Assembly (NCBI GenBank): GCA_031550085.1
Contig: JAVBOY010000012.1
Location: 83,689 to 147,688 of the forward strand
DNA length: 64,000 nt
Reading direction: 5' to 3'
Origin: Lentimicrobiaceae bacterium
Lineage (GTDB): Bacteria > Bacteroidota > Bacteroidia > Bacteroidales > UBA4417
Shown: piece after piece, positions 1-9,000 of the stretch
How positions within the stretch are numbered: position 1 is the stretch's first letter
Layout of the letters: each line of letters starts with the position of its first letter
Position numbers and translations under genes: made by a program
The notes under the pieces: generated by a model
Seen by the model: only the letters and a program-made list of their open reading frames with translations
What the model was told of the DNA's origin: nothing
The model's database searches: none

Positions 1-510
1 TTACATGCTGAATGGAAATACGATTCAGACAAGAAATTGATAGAATCGGTTTCGTATACAACTGAAAACCGGATTCATACAAAACGGAATTATTTTTACG
101 ATACCCAACAACGGCTGGTCAGACAAATCGATTCCACCGGCTGGTATATTACGACGATCAAACCTTATTGTGAATTGATCACTACTTTTGACTATTCGGA
201 CACCGGAAAAATTGTCACGAAAATCAGTAATACCGGAGAAAGATCGGCTTCTTCAATTCCTAAAATCGTTTCCTATTATGACACCGAAGACCGGCTTATT
301 AAACGATGTTATAACGATGAGAAAACGGAGGATTGCACAACCCATTCATTTTTTTACGACAACAAAAAATTGATCAAAGAAGAAACTACGCTGAGTAATG
401 GCGATGTTCTTCTTACAGAATACGACTATAATCAAAGAGGACTCTTGAAAGAAGAAAGAATAAGGAGAAATCAAAAGTTAACACGGCTAATACGCTACTA
501 TTATAAATAA
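1..510 (+). CDS. YD/RHS-repeat-like protein, C-terminal part (5' end outside window)
   Basis: Frame 1 is open from base 1 (LHAEWKYDSDKK...) into the listed ORF. Repeated Y-D-x-x-x-R-L/I units (FYDTQQRLV, YSDTGKIV, YYDTEDRLI, FYDNKKLI, YDYNQRGLL) are present. The protein ends inside repeats with no recognisable toxin tip. Confidence 0.6.
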   Translation, partial: LHAEWKYDSDKKLIESVSYTTENRIHTKRNYFYDTQQRLVRQIDSTGWYITTIKPYCELITTFDYSDTGKIVTKISNTGERSASSIPKIVSYYDTEDRLIKRCYNDEKTEDCTTHSFFYDNKKLIKEETTLSNGDVLLTEYDYNQRGLLKEERIRRNQKLTRLIRYYYK

Positions 511-625
511 AAACTTATTCTGCTACCAAACGGGCTGAAGTAGTTAATTATAGCTCGTTAGTTGAATCGCAAGCCGCCTCAGGCGCGTTGACAGTAATTA
601 GCCGAAGCGGAAGTGATGAAAGAAA

Positions 626-1141
626 TTGAAGAAATACATGAAAAATCAAAATGCTACGGACAGGGTGGAAATTTTAGACAAAGCGGACAAGTTGATTTCA
701 CAAGCGGAAAAACTCATCCCGAAAATACTTGAACCGGATTTACCGCCGGCAAAGTTGAATCCGGATGTACCCGATTGGCATGACTTTGAGCATAAAATAT
801 GGAGATTCGGCAACGACCTTCGGCTATTGATTAAGGAAAATCCGACACTAAAAAAGGAAGACGGACTTTTTCAGCGCATTTTGAAAATCTGCACAAATAG
901 AAATGCCAAGCGTGGAAGACAATCATTTATGATGCTTTTCGAGTCGAAACAATATTCAAAGTTTGCGGCAGAATTGATCACTCAACTTGATGACGAGTTT
1001 GTGGATGGACATGTCATTTGTGCGATACAGAAAATGCACGCGGCAGGATTTGACTGTGAGATAAAGCCGTTTACGGAACATAAGCACGCTTGGATTAGAA
1101 ATGCGGCTAAAAAATATTTGAGTCAGAAAAACGATCATTAG
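626..1141 (+). CDS. hypothetical protein (no domain recognised); first ATG at 638
   Basis: 171-codon ORF directly downstream of the YD-repeat gene. The listed start is TTG 626, and an in-frame ATG lies at 638. No signal peptide and no motif that I recognise. Confidence 0.5.
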   Translation: MKKYMKNQNATDRVEILDKADKLISQAEKLIPKILEPDLPPAKLNPDVPDWHDFEHKIWRFGNDLRLLIKENPTLKKEDGLFQRILKICTNRNAKRGRQSFMMLFESKQYSKFAAELITQLDDEFVDGHVICAIQKMHAAGFDCEIKPFTEHKHAWIRNAAKKYLSQKNDH

Positions 1142-1154
1142 ATATCGATAAATT

Positions 1155-1493
1155 ATGGCAAAGTCCGGCACAATCCGTGTATCCAATACGGAAATTACCG
1201 TAATTCAATAGAACAACGAAGATTATATCTGCCTGACCGATATGGCGAAGGCGAAAGAAAGCGAGGCCTGTGCGGCGGATATCATCAAGAATTGGATACG
1301 GACCCGTACCCGTACCACTCTTGAATTCCTGGGGACTTGGGAAGAAATGTATAATCCGGATTTTAACGTGGTCGAATTTGACCACGTTAGAATGAAAGCC
1401 GGTCTGCCAAGTTTTGTATTAAGTGCAGGACAATGGGTTGAAAAAACCAATGCTGTTGATAAAACCACAGGGTGGTGGCATTTTTATTGTTAG
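1155..1493 (+). pseudogene. KilA-N domain protein remnant (in-frame stop plus 3' truncation)
   Basis: ATG 1155 gives MAKSGTIRVSNTEITVIQ, then TAG at 1209-1211. The same frame continues NNEDYICLTDMAKAKE..IKNWIRTR..TLEFLGTWEEMYNPDFNVVEFD..AGLPSFVLSAGQWVEKTNA, which matches the N-terminal half of Bacteroides KilA-N proteins. Similarity is lost at about 1455, where a repeat element begins. Confidence 0.7.
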
Positions 1494-1635
1494 CCTCCCC
1501 CTCCAAAGGTTAGATTTCGCAGCTACGCTGCTTTGGGATCATAAGATTGGCCTTTTACAAAGATTCCGCGGCTACGCCGCTAAAAAGCAGATTGTAACAG
1601 AAGCCGGAGGTAGCAGAAGTGAAACAAACAATAAA
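1458..1635 (+). repeat. direct repeat copy 1 (about 175 bp unit, 273 bp period)
   Basis: gataaaaccacagggtggtggcattttt...cctccaaaggttagatttcgcagctacgctgc...gtagcagaagtgaaacaaacaa recurs at 1731-1905 with about nine in ten positions identical by eye. Confidence 0.85.
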
Positions 1636-1730
1636 CCAATCGCCTTGTGGCGATATCTTGGTAGCAAAAAATGAAGTAAGCCGATAGAGCCACATCGTGG
1701 CGACATCTTTGTGAAGAAATAATTTAAATC

Positions 1731-1905
1731 GATAAAACCTCAGGGTGGTGACATTTTTTATTGTTTGCCTCCCCTCCAAAGGTTAGATTTCGCAGCTACG
1801 CTGCTTGGGGATTACAAGATCGGACTTTTACAAAGATATCGCGGCTACACCGCTAAAAACAGATTGTAACAGAAGCCGAAGGTAGCAGAAGTAAAACAAA
1901 CAACG
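1731..1905 (+). repeat. direct repeat copy 2, followed by an (aacaaacaacgaata)n-like A/C-rich tail to about 1955
   Basis: Aligns by eye with 1458-1635. The tail aaacaaacaacgaataacaaacaacgaataacgaataacaaacaacaaataaacaac is the sense-strand form of module C of the intergenic repeat family. Confidence 0.85.
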
Positions 1906-1966
1906 AATAACAAACAACGAATAACGAATAACAAACAACAAATAAACAACGGCCGGGCATACAATG

Positions 1967-2002
1967 AAACACCCCCTTACCGGAAAGGAAGAGGGTGTTT
2001 TT
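1967..2002. terminator. hairpin with T-run, downstream of the small RHH gene
   Basis: aaacaccc (1967-1974) pairs with gggtgttt (1993-2000), with partial inner pairing. It is followed by tt on the + strand and by ttt on the - strand. Confidence 0.45.
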
Positions 2003-2009
2003 GCAGGGG

Positions 2010-2177
2010 TTACTTTTCTTTCGGCGTCGCCTTATACCGGCCCGCTTTCTTCAGGCTTTCGCTCAGCATCCATTCAATCTGTCCGTTTACGCTGCGGAAT
2101 TCGTCGGCAGCCCATTTCTCAAGGGCCTCATACATGCTTTTATTTAAGCGCAGCGGAAAAACTTTCTTCTCGTCCAT
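2010..2177 (-). CDS. Arc/ribbon-helix-helix family small DNA-binding protein (55 aa, below the ORF-track cutoff)
   Basis: The reverse strand reads MDEKKVFPLRLNKSMYEALEKWAADEFRSVNGQIEWMLSESLKKAGRYKATPKEK, with ATG at 2177 and TAA at 2012-2010. The LEKWAADEFRSxNGQIE motif is typical of Arc-family proteins. The gene sits 9 nt downstream of the SPFH gene. Confidence 0.7.
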   Translation of the reverse strand: MDEKKVFPLRLNKSMYEALEKWAADEFRSVNGQIEWMLSESLKKAGRYKATPKEK

Positions 2178-2186
2178 AAAAAAATA

Positions 2187-3098
2187 CTATTGATGCAGTG
2201 TTCCTGCATTAATCACCGGTTTGGCTGCATGGTCGGAGCAAAGCACCACCAAGAGGTTGCTCACCATGGCCGCTTTTTTCTCTTCGTCCAGGTGTACGAT
2301 TTCCCGTTTCGACAATTTATCCAGGGCCATTTCCACCATGCCCACGGCGCCGTCCACAATTTTGGTGCGGGCCGAAATAACCGCTTGCGCTTGTTGGCGT
2401 TGCAGCATGGCGCTGGCGATTTCGGGTGCATAGGAAAGGTTCGATAACCGCGCTTCCTGAATGTCGATGCCGGCAATGATAAGGCGTTCGCGGATTTCTT
2501 CTTCCAGCGCCTTGTTGATTTCGTCCACACCCGACCGCAGGCAAATGGTGGATTCGTGCTCGTCGAAATCGTCGTAAGGGTAGGAGTGGGCCAGTTTCCG
2601 CAAAGCCGCTTCCACCTGGATTTTTACAAAACGCTCGAAAGCTTTGCTCGTGTACATGGGCAAACCCGTTTTCGGATTGGTTTCGCTCGAGTTTTCGATC
2701 ACAAAAGCCGCCTTGTAGGTGTCGATCACTTTCCACACCACAATGGCGCTGATGATAATGGGATTCCCCAGCAAATCGTTTACTTTGATAAAATCCGTTT
2801 CGAGGTTGTGCACCCGCAACGAAATTTTCCGTTTCACATAAAACGGATTCACCCAGAAAAATCCGTTTTCCTTTACCGTGCCTTTGTATTTACCGAACAA
2901 GGTCAGCACGCGCGATTGGTTGGGATTGATAACCATCAGTCCGGCAAACCAGAAAATGGAAAGCAAAAAAAGGATGCCGGTGCAGATGCCCAGCGCCAGA
3001 ATAGGAAACCAGAATAAAAGAAGCGGCGACAACAACATGATGATCGCCAGGAATAAATGTGCGTAGCCGTTTTGCGGGAGTTTAATAACTTTTTCCAT
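2187..3098 (-). CDS. SPFH/band-7 domain membrane protein
   Basis: Two N-terminal TM helices are followed by a band-7 core (VINPNQSRVLTLFGKYKGTV..GFFWVNPF..LRVHNLE) and a coiled C-terminal part (QRQQAQAVISAR). Confidence 0.9.
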   Translation of the reverse strand: MEKVIKLPQNGYAHLFLAIIMLLSPLLLFWFPILALGICTGILFLLSIFWFAGLMVINPNQSRVLTLFGKYKGTVKENGFFWVNPFYVKRKISLRVHNLETDFIKVNDLLGNPIIISAIVVWKVIDTYKAAFVIENSSETNPKTGLPMYTSKAFERFVKIQVEAALRKLAHSYPYDDFDEHESTICLRSGVDEINKALEEEIRERLIIAGIDIQEARLSNLSYAPEIASAMLQRQQAQAVISARTKIVDGAVGMVEMALDKLSKREIVHLDEEKKAAMVSNLLVVLCSDHAAKPVINAGTLHQ

Positions 3099-3140
3099 CT
3101 TGTTTTTGTTTTTAATTTGATATTAAAATAATATCGCAAA

Positions 3141-3193
3141 AATATAAAAAAACGGAATGAAAAACCTTTTTTTGGAAAAAAATTTTCATTCCG
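3141..3193 (-). terminator. rho-independent terminator after the XRE gene
   Basis: Perfect 11-bp arms cggaatgaaaa (3153-3163) and ttttcattccg (3183-3193). The - strand continues with tttttttatatttt. Confidence 0.6.
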
Positions 3194-3215
3194 CATAAAA
3201 AAGCTTGGCCGGAAC

Positions 3216-3416
3216 CTAATCGTCCTCTTCCAGCAAAAAAAGTGCTTCCACCGGTTTCCCGAAAATCCGTGCAATTTTTAAAGCCAATACCGTGGAGGGC
3301 ACGTATTTGTTCGCTTCCATGGCATTGATGGTTTGGCGGCTTACGCCGGCGAGTTTTGCCAGCTCTTCCTGGGTCAGGTTTTTGATTGCCCGTTGGACTT
3401 TCAACGTGTTTTTCAT
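3216..3416 (-). CDS. XRE-family helix-turn-helix transcriptional regulator (YozG-like, 66 aa)
   Basis: MKNTLKVQRAIKNLTQEELAKLAGVSRQTINAMEANKYVPSTVLALKIARIFGKPVEALF. Only the last 66 codons of the listed 268-aa ORF belong to this gene. An ATGA overlap links it to the upstream membrane gene. Confidence 0.9.
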   Translation of the reverse strand: MKNTLKVQRAIKNLTQEELAKLAGVSRQTINAMEANKYVPSTVLALKIARIFGKPVEALFLLEEDD

Positions 3417-3910
3417 ACGGCTTTCTCCTTTTTGCTTCGGTACATGATAAAATGGAACCGGATGATAAATACCCAAAGGAAGGTGCACATATTGAGCGAC
3501 AAAACGGTTAAGAACGGCAATCCGTAAACCAGCCAGATACTCAACAGCAGAAAACCGTAATTGATGTAAGTCGCCCAGAACAGCGATTCCAAACGGATTT
3601 TTGCGATAAACTCGTCTTCCGTTTTTTCTTTGGAAAAGCCCACCAAAATTCCCGACACTATCGCCAGCGTCATCAGGATTTCGTTGGTCAGGTTGTTTTT
3701 TACCAAACAAAAGTACGTAGTCCCGAATGTGCCGTCGGCCAATGCAAAAACGGTGGCATTCAGAAACGGATACTCGGGATAACCCGATAGCGGATAAACC
3801 ACCAGCAGCAACAAGGTGGAAACAATCAGCCCGGCCCAGGCATAAGGCTTGCAGGCATGCGGAAATAAATAGCGTGTTTTCATAAAGGGAAAGTTTAACA
3901 TGAAATGCAA
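3413..3910 (-). CDS. multi-pass membrane protein (DUF2975-like partner of YozG-type regulators); start possibly at 3883
   Basis: 4-5 hydrophobic helices. Its stop codon overlaps the ATG of the XRE gene, which suggests translational coupling. Confidence 0.7.
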   Translation of the reverse strand: MHFMLNFPFMKTRYLFPHACKPYAWAGLIVSTLLLLVVYPLSGYPEYPFLNATVFALADGTFGTTYFCLVKNNLTNEILMTLAIVSGILVGFSKEKTEDEFIAKIRLESLFWATYINYGFLLLSIWLVYGLPFLTVLSLNMCTFLWVFIIRFHFIMYRSKKEKAV

Positions 3911-4238
3911 AAGTAAAATAATTAGTACATAATGTAAAAAATATTTTACATTTCAAATGAATTTTATTCTGGGTAAACTTGCAAACCGTCAATTCGTATT
4001 GAATCGCTTCGCGATGATCCAAGCCTTTAAAAAAGCCGGATACAAAATAAGATGTTCAAAAAACGGCACTACCGGAAGCATAAAGAATTTCGCCCCAAGG
4101 GCACCCGGATCGAATCCATATACGAACACGTTTGCTTTTCCGGCTTATTAATTTCTAGTTTACTAGTCTACTCGTTTACTACTTTACGAAATGATTCGTA
4201 TCTTTTTTTGAAGAAGTCCGATACGTTGTGTTTGGGGC

Positions 4239-4267
4239 AAAAAAAAAGTCCATCGCAAGGATGGACT
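4239..4267 (-). terminator. rho-independent terminator of hup
   Basis: agtccatc/gatggact stem (4247-4267) with a gcaag loop, followed on the - strand by nine T (A-run 4239-4247). Confidence 0.8.
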
Positions 4268-4290
4268 CAGGATTGTTTGCGTTCAATTAC

Positions 4291-4566
4291 TTATTTAACG
4301 CTTTTTACGAGGTCAGCACCAGCTTTAAATTTCACCACTTTTTTAGCAGCGATTTTAATTTCCTTGCCGGTTTGGGGATTACGGCCTTTACGAGCTGCAC
4401 GTTTTGCAACCGAGAAAGAACCAAATCCTACTAAAGCTACGCGATCGCCTTCTTTCTTAAGACTTTTTTGAGTAACTTTAACGAAAGCATCAATAGCTCT
4501 CTTGGAATCAGCTTTGGTTAAGCCTGATTCTGCTGCCATAGCATCAATTAATTCAGCTTTGTTCAT
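4291..4566 (-). CDS. hup: HU family DNA-binding protein
   Basis: [29 protein letters not shown]...[41 protein letters not shown] is a canonical HU sequence. Confidence 0.95.
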   Translation of the reverse strand: MNKAELIDAMAAESGLTKADSKRAIDAFVKVTQKSLKKEGDRVALVGFGSFSVAKRAARKGRNPQTGKEIKIAAKKVVKFKAGADLVKSVK

Positions 4567-4612
4567 TTTCTAATCGATTTTAATTAATTAATAATTTTGT
4601 GAAAATGTTATG

Positions 4613-4620
4613 CAAAGATA
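4613..4620 (-). promoter_or_regulatory. -7 box TATCTTTG (TAnnTTTG) for hup
   Basis: + strand text caaagata, 47 nt upstream of ATG 4566. Confidence 0.45.
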
Positions 4621-4747
4621 CAACAAATACCATGCAAATGTAGCGTTTCAAGAAAAAAAAACCGTAGGTTCACCATGAAACCAAGAATTTTGGAAAAAAA
4701 AACCTGATTTTAGCAGTTTTTGGAGTTATTTTTTGACAAAAAAACGA

Positions 4748-5716
4748 TTAAGACAGCAGTTTCCAGTCGTCGATTTTTGCAAAGCCCCGCAGGAAATCGC
4801 TTGTCAGCATTCGTTTTTTGCCTTCGAGTTGAAGTTCGTCGATTAAAATGGAACCGTCAGATGTTAAAATTTCTAAAAAAGTGCTGCAATCCGTTTGAAT
4901 GTCACCCGGAAGACCGTTTTTTTTGTCTTTTTGAGGCCTTGTTTTAAAGATTTTCAGGTTCAAAACCTTCCCTTCGGACGAAATCAAGGAGGTAAATGCT
5001 CCCGGAACGGGATTTAACCCTCTCACCAAATTGTGAATTTGCTCCGAAGTCGTGTTCCAGTTGATTTCACAGTCGTTTTTAAAGATTTTGGGCGCCGTTT
5101 TCAACGAGATTTCACTCGAATAAAATTGATGTTGATCCAGCGGGGAAATCGTTCCGTTTTCGATCGATTTCAGCGTTTTTACGACGAGTTCGCTTCCTGA
5201 GTGCATCAATTTGACGTAAAGAATTTCCAGGTTATCCTGAGGCAGGATTTGGACTTTTTCCTGCAAGATGATTTTTCCCGTATCGATTTTCTCATCCAGG
5301 AAAAATGTGGTGACGCCGGTTTCCGTTTCCCCGTTGATAATCGCCCAATTGATGGGCGCCGCGCCGCGGTACTGCGGCAGGAGCGAAGCATGCAGGTTGA
5401 ATGTGCCCAACGGCGGCATACTCCAAATCACTTGAGGCAGCATACGGAAAGCGACTACCACCTGCAAATTGGCATCGAACGATTGCAACTGCTCGATAAA
5501 TCCGGGCGATTTCAGGTTTTCGGGTTGCAAAACGGGCAGTCCTTTTTCGAGGGCGTATTTCTTTACCGCCGATTGGTGCAGGGTTTGTCCGCGTCCGGCA
5601 GGTTTATCGGGAACCGTCACCACAGCGGCCACTTTGTAGCCGCTTTCCAAGATGGCTTGCAGCGGCGCCACGGCAAATCCGGGCGTTCCCATATAGATAA
5701 TTCGTAAATCAGGCAC
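4748..5716 (-). CDS. fmt: methionyl-tRNA formyltransferase
   Basis: LRIIYMGTPGFAVAPL..VVTVPDKPAGRGQ..NLHASLLPQYRGAAPINWAIINGE. The start is GTG at 5716. Confidence 0.95.
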   Translation of the reverse strand: MPDLRIIYMGTPGFAVAPLQAILESGYKVAAVVTVPDKPAGRGQTLHQSAVKKYALEKGLPVLQPENLKSPGFIEQLQSFDANLQVVVAFRMLPQVIWSMPPLGTFNLHASLLPQYRGAAPINWAIINGETETGVTTFFLDEKIDTGKIILQEKVQILPQDNLEILYVKLMHSGSELVVKTLKSIENGTISPLDQHQFYSSEISLKTAPKIFKNDCEINWNTTSEQIHNLVRGLNPVPGAFTSLISSEGKVLNLKIFKTRPQKDKKNGLPGDIQTDCSTFLEILTSDGSILIDELQLEGKKRMLTSDFLRGFAKIDDWKLLS

Positions 5717-5931
5717 CGGGCAAAAGTAGCGATTTGGAATGGAACAACAAAGAAACTGCAGTTCCCATAGAGTTAGCCCATAAAAAAATAAAAAATACGG
5801 GAATTGTCAATAATTTCTTTTTAAAAATTAATATTAATCATTTAATTTTCATTGTAATGTATACAATTCGATTTGTTGATTCGCTGATATGATAAAAATA
5901 TAAGATTGGACAATTTATTTTGGCGCTTTTT

Positions 5932-5962
5932 TTTGGTTGTCAATTTTTTTGCGTTATTTTTG
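5932..5962 (+). promoter_or_regulatory. Bacteroidota-type promoter (TTTG-N19-TATTTTTG) for the adhesin gene
   Basis: TTTG at 5932-5935, a 19-nt spacer, and TATTTTTG at 5955-5962, 71 nt upstream of ATG 6033. Confidence 0.5.
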
Positions 5963-6032
5963 TCTGTACTAATTTCAATATTAGCTAAAATAAACGAATG
6001 GTTGAATCCTATTATTTAAGCCCTACATTGTG

Positions 6033-9000
6033 ATGAAACAAAAATCAGCCGGTATTGTATGCAGGTTTGTTATACCCGTTTGGATTGGTTTGCTTGGTGT
6101 TAACGCTGTTTATGCGCAGACAGGCAGCCCTGCTTTGGAGGCGAGAATCGATAGCCTCAAACAAGTGTATGTTGACAAGGGAGTCGTGGACAGCATTGCG
6201 GAGAAACGGGCGCGAATGATTGTTGAATCTGAATGGTTTAAGGGCAAGGCGCCGGCCGATAAAATTCTGGATACTCCCGATGGCTCTATCATGGTGAACA
6301 GAGATCCAACTTACGCGTCCTATACGCCAACGCAATTAGTTGAAAATATTTTTGTGAAATCGGGAGCATGTTCAAGTGTCAGCAATGTCGTGCTTAAGTC
6401 GCACGGTTGGAATGGTACCATATGGACTCATCCTGATAGCCGCGGGTTGGGATATTTTTCGAAAAACAATTCAAATTTTGAAATGTCGGAAGGCTTGGTG
6501 CTTTCAACGGGTGCATTGCTTTCGATAGAGGGACCGAATGCTTCCTCAGACGGAGTTGGTGACCCGCTTGGTACTGCTCCTATGGGAGACCCCGATTTGA
6601 AATTATTAGCAAAAGATGTAAGAAATTATTCGGCATTGGAATTCGATTTTGTGCCGACTGCCAGCGAAATAACGTTTCGGTATGTGTTCGCCTCGGAAGA
6701 ATACTTGCAATATGCGAATACGGAATTTAATGATGTATTCGGTTTTTTTATTTATGAGCTGAGTAACCCTTCCGGAAAACAGAATATTGCACAGCTACCA
6801 ACTTCGTCAACCGGAAACTATGACGTTTCGATTAACAATGTTAACTGGGGAAATGTAGATTATCCTGTTCACAATACAGCAACTCCACTCACAGCCGGTG
6901 CTAAAAACCCGGGGTATTATAAAAACATTCCCGGATCGTTTGCACCTCCACCTCCATTTGGAGGCGCCAGTTATGACAGTCTGAAAAAAAGCATGCAGTT
7001 TAATGGGCGTACGGTAGTGCTTACTGCAACCTATCAAGTGAATCCCTGTTCATCATATCACCTGAAATTGGCAGTAGGAAATTGTAGTGATAAGAATGTC
7101 CAGTCGGGCGTATTTTTGGAGGCTCACAGTTTAGATCTTGGAGAATTATTGAAAAATTCCGGAAGCATGAACGACGGGCAGGAATACGTTTACAGGGGGT
7201 GTGCGGTTAACAAGTTTACCGTATTCCGTTTGCAAGCCGATCCCACTCCCCTGGTTGTTTATCTCACTTACGGAGGTACTGCATTGAGCGATATTGCATT
7301 GCCGGGGGGAGGGGCGCTTCCCGCTACTGTAACCATTCCTGCCAACGAGTTGTCGGTGGATGTTTTCTATGAGGTTAAAACACTAAATCTAGGAACCGGG
7401 CATGGTACTTTTACGATTACAACCACATGTCCATGCGGAGGAGGAGGTTTGGGATTTACGAAAACAATTGACATATACGACCCGTCGGACCCGGACGATT
7501 TTCAGGCTGTCGCTACGCCGGCATGTCTGGGAACAAACAACGGAACAATAACTGTCAGCTGCGGCACAGGCGGTTCGGGCACTTACGAAAGTTCGATTGA
7601 CGGAGGCATAACATGGCAGTCATTTACCTTGGATTACAAATACACCGAATTAGCATCCGCCGATTATTCTGTATTTATCCGTGATATGGGAGGTTGCACT
7701 TACGAAACACGTAATGTATCTACGTTTTTTTCTACGTTTCTTGCTCCGACTATTTCCGGCACTTTCGATATTTGCGCACCGGCCAGCAGTACAACACTTA
7801 CAGCATCTGCCGGAGGCGATTCCTGTCAGTGGTATAAAGATGGCTCGCCCATAGCGGGTGCTACATCCTTTGTGTACACCGCTACGGCTTCAGGCAATTA
7901 TTATGTGATCGCGTTTGCAGGAGGCTGTAATTCGGATTTCAGTGATACCGTCACCGTTCGAATACATGGTATTGTTCCTGATGCGGCGGTTACAAACCTC
8001 GCCCTTACCTACTGGCAGTACGAAACAGCTCCAAGTTTGTTATCGGCAACGGGAGCAACAGCAATTACCGATCATACGCTCAAATGGTATCAAAGCGACG
8101 GAACAACTCTTTATACCAATGCCGCAAATCCAATTAATACGGCTGTTGCCGGAGTGTATGATTATTATGTAAGTCAAATAAACGATGCGGCAAGTTGCGA
8201 AAGCAATAAAATTTTGGTTAGCGTCATTGTTGCCAAACCGCAGGTTTTGAACTATATTGCTTGTCCTGATGCCGTGGTAACTTTGGGCCTGGATGCGATA
8301 CCGGGAGTATCTTTTTATTGGTATTCGGCTCAAAGCGGAGGAACACTTTTAACGGCTACTTCCTCGGATACTTATATGGTAACAAAAGATGCCGCAACGC
8401 TGCAAACATTTTGGATCGAACCCCGAACAAGTGTAACAACTTATACCCGCATACCTGTTAACCTGAGTTTAAGCGAAAGCTGCGGCGGCGCGCCGGTAAC
8501 TTGCACTCAAACAGGAACGCTCTTATTTAGAGAAGATTTTGGCGGAAACAGCCCAAGCGACCCCAATCCAAAACCAACCGGAATACCGCAAATGGATCCG
8601 ATCTATACCTATACCACACTCCCGGCAGGCATGACGAATGAAAGATATTACACAATTAACAAATCTAGTTTCCCTCACGTTGGCAGCGGGGATTGGTACG
8701 AAATAGACGACCATACTTACTCCGGCGATGCCACAAGAGGGTATATGCTTCAAGTAAATGCCAGTGCAGAAAAGGGACAATTTTATGAGCATCGGCTGGA
8801 CGGGCTGTGTCCCGGAACCAAATTATATTTTTCGGCATGGTTGGTAAGTCTGATGAATCAGAGTCTTTCTGATAAAGTCAATCAAATTTTTACGCTGGAA
8901 GACAATTCCGGAAGAATTATTGTCCAATACACTTCAGGCGCCTTGCCCGATATCAGCCCTACATGGAAACAGTATGGTTTTGAATTTACCGTGCCGCCGG

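Noticed and set aside
1964-2179. 71-aa ORF on the + strand
   Set aside because: The opposite strand encodes a well-formed Arc/RHH protein (2177..2010). The + strand translation has no features and runs across a terminator hairpin.
3216-4022. 268-aa ORF listed on the minus strand
   Set aside because: Only the last 66 codons (3416..3216) form a recognisable XRE regulator. The upstream part overlaps, in another frame, a convincing multi-pass membrane protein ORF (3413..3910).
5721-5728. TACTTTTG box (+ strand text caaaagta) as the fmt promoter
   Set aside because: It lies only 5 nt from the GTG start at 5716. It would imply a leaderless GTG-initiated mRNA, or an internal ATG start that removes the conserved first beta-strand. 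This is too ambiguous to call.
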